From: Ignavibacteria bacterium | GTDB lineage: Bacteria; Bacteroidota; Ignavibacteria; UBA10030; UBA6906 | Reading direction: 5' to 3' | Assembly (NCBI GenBank): GCA_029859455.1 | Contig: JAOUDE010000001.1 | Location: 1 to 40,959, forward strand | DNA length: 40,959 bases | Shown here: one piece after another, positions 37,470 to 40,959 of the stretch | Position numbering within the stretch: the stretch's first letter is position 1 | How the letters are laid out: each line of letters starts with the position of its first letter | Notes under the pieces: model-generated | Told to the model about the DNA's origin: nothing | The model's database searches: none | What the model saw: the letters and a program-made list of their open reading frames with translations, nothing else | Position numbers and translations under genes: made by a program

Positions 37470-38732
37470 TCAGAATTCATCGCTGCGGGTACGTTCAATG
37501 TGTGCACCGAGTGCGGCCAGTTTCGTTTCGATTGCTTCATAGCCACGGTCGATGTGATACACTCTCAGAACCTCCGTCGTCCCTTCGGCAATGAGGCCGG
37601 CGATGATAAGAGATGCGGAAGCCCGCAGATCTGTCGACATGACGGTGGTGCCGGTCAGCGGTTTTCCGCCCCTGACAAGCGCTGTGTTGTTCCTTATCCG
37701 GATGTCGGCGCCCAGACGCGCCAGCTCCGGGACATGCTTGAACCGGTCAAGATAGATCGCGTCGGTGACGACGCTGCTCCCTTTCGCGTTGAGCATCAAC
37801 GCGATCCATTGCGCCTGCATATCCGTTGGGAACCCCGGATAGATGGCGGTGGTTACGTCAACCGGTTGAAGCGTCTCAGGAGCAGAGAGCGTGATACAGT
37901 CGTTCTCCGTCCGCACGACACAGCCGGCTTCCCGGAGCTTGTCAGTGACCGCCGCCAGATGACCGGGAATGGTGTTGCGCAATGTCAGGTTCCCGCCGGT
38001 GACTGCAGCAGCGGTCAGAAATGTTCCAGCTTCGATCCTGTCCGGGATCATCGCGGCATCGGCAGCACTCAGCTCGTCAACACCTTCGATTTCCAGGCGG
38101 TTCGTTCCGGTGCCGCCAATCCGCGCCCCCATCGATTCAAGGAACAGCGCAAGCGCGGTGATCTCCGGCTCCACCGCCGCGTTCTCGATTACCGTGGTCC
38201 CCTTCGCGAGAACCGCCGCCATCAGCGCATTTCCGGTCGCGCCGACGCTTGAAACCTCGAACCTGATCCGGGCGCCTTTCAACCGGTCCGCTTCCGCAAG
38301 GATATACCCCCGCTTCAGTTCTATGGACGCACCGAGCTTCCTGAGGCTTTCGATATGAAGGTCAACCGGACGAGGGCCCCAGGCGCACCCTCCGGGCAGG
38401 GACACTTTCGCACGTCCATACCGCGCGACGAGCGGCCCGAGGACATAGATGGATGCCCGCATCTTCTTCACATGGGCATAGGGAGCCTCATGTTTCGAAA
38501 CACCGAAAGAGTTGATAGTGAGAACACCGTTCGCGCGCGTGATTTCGACACCGATCGACCGGAGGAGGGTCGTCATCGTCTGGATATCCCTCAGCCGGGG
38601 AACGTTCGACAATTTGTAGTTCCCCGCCGCAAGAAGCGTCGCGGGCATCAGTGCCAGCGCGGCGTTCTTCGCCCCACTGACCACGACCTCCCCGGCAAGT
38701 CGCGCTCCACCCTGAATGATGAATTTGTCCAT
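37470..38732 (-). CDS. murA: UDP-N-acetylglucosamine 1-carboxyvinyltransferase
   Basis: 420 aa. [27 protein letters not shown]-terminus and canonical MurA blocks throughout. Confidence 0.97.
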   Translation of the reverse strand: MDKFIIQGGARLAGEVVVSGAKNAALALMPATLLAAGNYKLSNVPRLRDIQTMTTLLRSIGVEITRANGVLTINSFGVSKHEAPYAHVKKMRASIYVLGPLVARYGRAKVSLPGGCAWGPRPVDLHIESLRKLGASIELKRGYILAEADRLKGARIRFEVSSVGATGNALMAAVLAKGTTVIENAAVEPEITALALFLESMGARIGGTGTNRLEIEGVDELSAADAAMIPDRIEAGTFLTAAAVTGGNLTLRNTIPGHLAAVTDKLREAGCVVRTENDCITLSAPETLQPVDVTTAIYPGFPTDMQAQWIALMLNAKGSSVVTDAIYLDRFKHVPELARLGADIRIRNNTALVRGGKPLTGTTVMSTDLRASASLIIAGLIAEGTTEVLRVYHIDRGYEAIETKLAALGAHIERTRSDEF

Positions 38733-38829
38733 GAGAAAGACTTTATCGGTTGATCAAACGCAAATGTCTCCAAAAATGGAAGGAAAGTCAAACCACTGAC
38801 AGACAGTGAAGAGGTATCACCGGCTCGGG

Positions 38830-38858
38830 TTGCCCGGCTTCAGACTCCTCGGTATATT
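38830..38858 (+). promoter_or_regulatory. Putative sigma70-type promoter for the BtuF-like gene (predicts a leaderless mRNA)
   Basis: TTGCCC (38830-38835), a 17-nt spacer, then TATATT (38853-38858). Only 5 nt (ACTGC) lie before the ATG at 38864. Confidence 0.4.
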
Positions 38859-38863
38859 ACTGC

Positions 38864-39718
38864 ATGAGAATTCTATTCCTGCTTCTGTCAATTCTGGTTA
38901 TCATGCATGCTGCCGACGGACAGATTACGCTGCGGGATGACCTTGGCAGAAATCTTCACCTCGAGAGGCCGGCGCAGAAGATTGTCTCTCTGGCACCAAG
39001 CATCACCGAGACTGTCTGTGCCGTCGGCGCGATCGCCCAGCTGTCCGGAATCACCGACTATTGCAATTATCCGTCCGAAGTCCGCTCAAAACAGAGTGTG
39101 GGTGGGGTCGTAAACCCGAATATCGAGGTGATTGTCAGCCTTGAGCCTGACCTTGTCCTTGTCACACCGGAAGGCAATGTCAAAGACTCATTCTCGCTCC
39201 TGGAACAACTCGGCATTCCGGTATTCGTCACGAATCCGAGAACGCTCGAGGGAATCCGAAAGTCCGTTTCCGATATCGGCATTCTGACAGGTAACGAGGT
39301 GACCGCGGAAAGTCTTGTCACTGCAATGGAGACCGAAGAAGCCAGCCTTCGCCGGATGAATGAACCTACCCGGCGTCTGATGGTTGTCGTTGCTCTGCAC
39401 CCGTTGATCGTCGCAGGCACAGGAACATTTCTTTCCGAGATGATCAATCTGGCAGGGGGTGACAACATTGCAGGGGGTTCGTCGCTTTCCTATCCTTCAT
39501 TCAGCAGGGAAGAAGTCGTTGAAGCGGATCCGGAGGTGATCATCCTGAGCTCCGGTCTGCCCGGGGACCTTCGGGGATTGTTCCCTGAATGGAAGAGTGT
39601 CACAGCGCTCGCCCAACAAGCCGTCTGTACGATCGACGCCGATCTTCTGTCCCGGCCCGGGCCGCGGGTCCTGGAGGGGGTCAGGGCGATGCGGAGATGT
39701 ATCGGAGGATCACAATGA
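38864..39718 (+). CDS. ABC-transporter substrate-binding protein, BtuF / Fe-siderophore (Peripla_BP_2) type
   Basis: Signal peptide. KIVSLAPSITETVCAVGA...GITDYCNYP and PDLVLV blocks are typical of cobalamin/iron-complex binding proteins. Confidence 0.8.
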   Translation: MRILFLLLSILVIMHAADGQITLRDDLGRNLHLERPAQKIVSLAPSITETVCAVGAIAQLSGITDYCNYPSEVRSKQSVGGVVNPNIEVIVSLEPDLVLVTPEGNVKDSFSLLEQLGIPVFVTNPRTLEGIRKSVSDIGILTGNEVTAESLVTAMETEEASLRRMNEPTRRLMVVVALHPLIVAGTGTFLSEMINLAGGDNIAGGSSLSYPSFSREEVVEADPEVIILSSGLPGDLRGLFPEWKSVTALAQQAVCTIDADLLSRPGPRVLEGVRAMRRCIGGSQ

Positions 39719-39721
39719 AGT

Positions 39722-40537
39722 TCAGCCGAAAAACATTCTGACCGCGACAATCAGCATCAGAACGGCGAACAACCTGGTCAGAACCGAAGTCCTCATCCGG
39801 TGAGCCAGCGATGCCCCGAGGACGGCGCAGGGGACTGTACCGGCGATCAGCGGGAGCGAGTGGATGTAGTCGATGTAGCCCACCGTGAAGTTGCTGTACC
39901 GTTCAAGCCCGGGGTCTGAAAGCCCGCTGAAGAGGTAGCCGGCCGCAGCGCTGGCGGCGGTCAGTACGATCGCAGCACTGGAGGTTCCAATCGCTTTCTT
40001 CATCGGCAGCCGCATCAGGCCGTGCATCAGCGGAATCGAAACCACTCCGCCTCCCACCCCCGTCAGTGAAGACACACCGCCTGTGACAAGGCCGGTCAGG
40101 ATCACGGCCGGCGGACGCAGGACGATTTCCTGTTTCTCTCCGTTCGCGCGCTGTTTGCCAAGAAGCCTGATCGCTGCAACGGCAAGGACCACCGAGAAGA
40201 GTTGCTCGAGGGTCCTTCCTGAAAGGACCGCCGCGACCTGGGCGCCGGCGAAGGCGGAGAGGATACTGATGATACCAATCAGCAGCGCTGCGCGGACAAT
40301 GACATGCCCGTTCCGGTAGTGCCTGCTGGCCGAGGAGAGGGATGTAAGGATGACCACAAACAGGCTGGTACCAAGCGCAAGATGGGTAGCCACGAGGGAG
40401 GAGACATCCATCATCGAAGAATAAAAATAGAGGAGAATCGGGACCAGGATAATCCCGCCGCCGACACCGAAGAATCCTGCCACGAACCCGGCCCCGCCCC
40501 CGGCGAGAACCAGGAAGAGCAGTGTCCCGGCGTCCAT
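39722..40537 (-). CDS. TauE/SafE family anion (sulfite-type) exporter
   Basis: 271-aa polytopic protein with duplicated GxGGG motifs (GFFGVGGGIILVPIL and LTGVGGGVVSIPLM). Confidence 0.85.
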   Translation of the reverse strand: MDAGTLLFLVLAGGGAGFVAGFFGVGGGIILVPILLYFYSSMMDVSSLVATHLALGTSLFVVILTSLSSASRHYRNGHVIVRAALLIGIISILSAFAGAQVAAVLSGRTLEQLFSVVLAVAAIRLLGKQRANGEKQEIVLRPPAVILTGLVTGGVSSLTGVGGGVVSIPLMHGLMRLPMKKAIGTSSAAIVLTAASAAAGYLFSGLSDPGLERYSNFTVGYIDYIHSLPLIAGTVPCAVLGASLAHRMRTSVLTRLFAVLMLIVAVRMFFG

Positions 40538-40959
40538 TATCCGCTTATCTTCTTTCCGTATGCGACCGTATCCTGCAACAGGTGCAGGGCCGTCTCCAGC
40601 TGGACATCGCGTTCCAGCTGAGCTTCGATTCTCCCCTGCTCTCCATTCACCCGCGCGCTGAGCTCAACCTGAAGATGATAGGTAATATGATCCCGGAACC
40701 TCTCAAACGCCCGCTGTTTCTCCTCCTGCACTCTTTCTGACAGCCTGTTGATATCCTCCATCAGATGATCTGCATAGTGGAGTTCTTCCGCAGCGTCCCT
40801 GAGTTCCTTGATCGCTTTCTCCGTATTCTCCTCGAATTCAAAATCCTGCTGGTCGAGATATGTTCTGAAGGCGCGCACTGTTTCTTCCGTCACGCGCGGG
40901 TTCAGGTCCTCTTTCTGTTCAGCCACATACCCGTTCATGAACCGGAAGAACATCGCCTT
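40537..40959 (-). CDS. Hypothetical helical acidic protein, possibly 5'-truncated by the window edge
   Basis: The frame remains open from the stop at 40537 to the window end; an in-frame ATG at 40953 could also be the start. The sequence is charged and coiled-coil-like, with no family recognised. 1-nt stop/start overlap with the TauE gene. Confidence 0.4.
   Translation of the reverse strand, partial: KAMFFRFMNGYVAEQKEDLNPRVTEETVRAFRTYLDQQDFEFEENTEKAIKELRDAAEELHYADHLMEDINRLSERVQEEKQRAFERFRDHITYHLQVELSARVNGEQGRIEAQLERDVQLETALHLLQDTVAYGKKISG

Noticed and set aside
38733-38863. A possible cobalamin riboswitch upstream of the BtuF-like gene.
   Set aside because: The spacer is only 131 bp and is shared with the divergent murA promoter region. 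I saw no B12-box-like sequence or extended conserved helices, and a promoter-like box abuts the ATG.

Overview
GC-rich bacterial chromosomal window that is almost entirely coding. I call about 40 genes, and all but three are on the minus strand. Most are core housekeeping loci. From left to right: the 3' part of a di-haem cytochrome c peroxidase; a penicillin/AHL-acylase gene followed by a sirtuin; three envelope genes (two predicted outer-membrane barrels and an unusual lipoprotein); recN, a Rieske-flavoprotein fusion and cysS; an MqnA-like gene; the classic ffh-rpsP-rimM-trmD-rplS block plus a lipoprotein; an F-type ATP synthase operon (atpZ-atpI-atpBEFHAG, with no atpDC) preceded by M23-peptidase and bactofilin genes; GT4 and GT9 glycosyltransferases; rlmD; an ABC-F ATPase; a GalT-like (DUF4921-type) gene next to a phosphohexomutase and enolase; a polytopic membrane HExxH/TPR protein; murA; an orphan BtuF-like binding protein; and a TauE-family permease. 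I found no rRNA or tRNA genes, CRISPR arrays, transposases or integrases, and no recognisable defence or secondary-metabolite cluster, so this is not an obvious accessory island. The points worth follow-up are modest. They are a recurrent TTGnnn-17-TATATT promoter pattern that splits the window into transcription units and predicts two leaderless mRNAs, the Rieske-FMN reductase fusion packed between recN and cysS, the Tyr/Pro/Trp-rich lipoprotein paired with a FadL/PorV-like barrel, the M23-bactofilin pair heading the atp operon, the GalT-like gene next to the phosphohexomutase, and the membrane gluzincin-TPR protein coupled to a heptosyltransferase. Product calls rest on motifs I recognised in the supplied translations; no database search was run. 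Gene content and order suggest an FCB-group relative (Ignavibacteria/Chlorobi/Rhodothermia-like), but that is a low-confidence inference.
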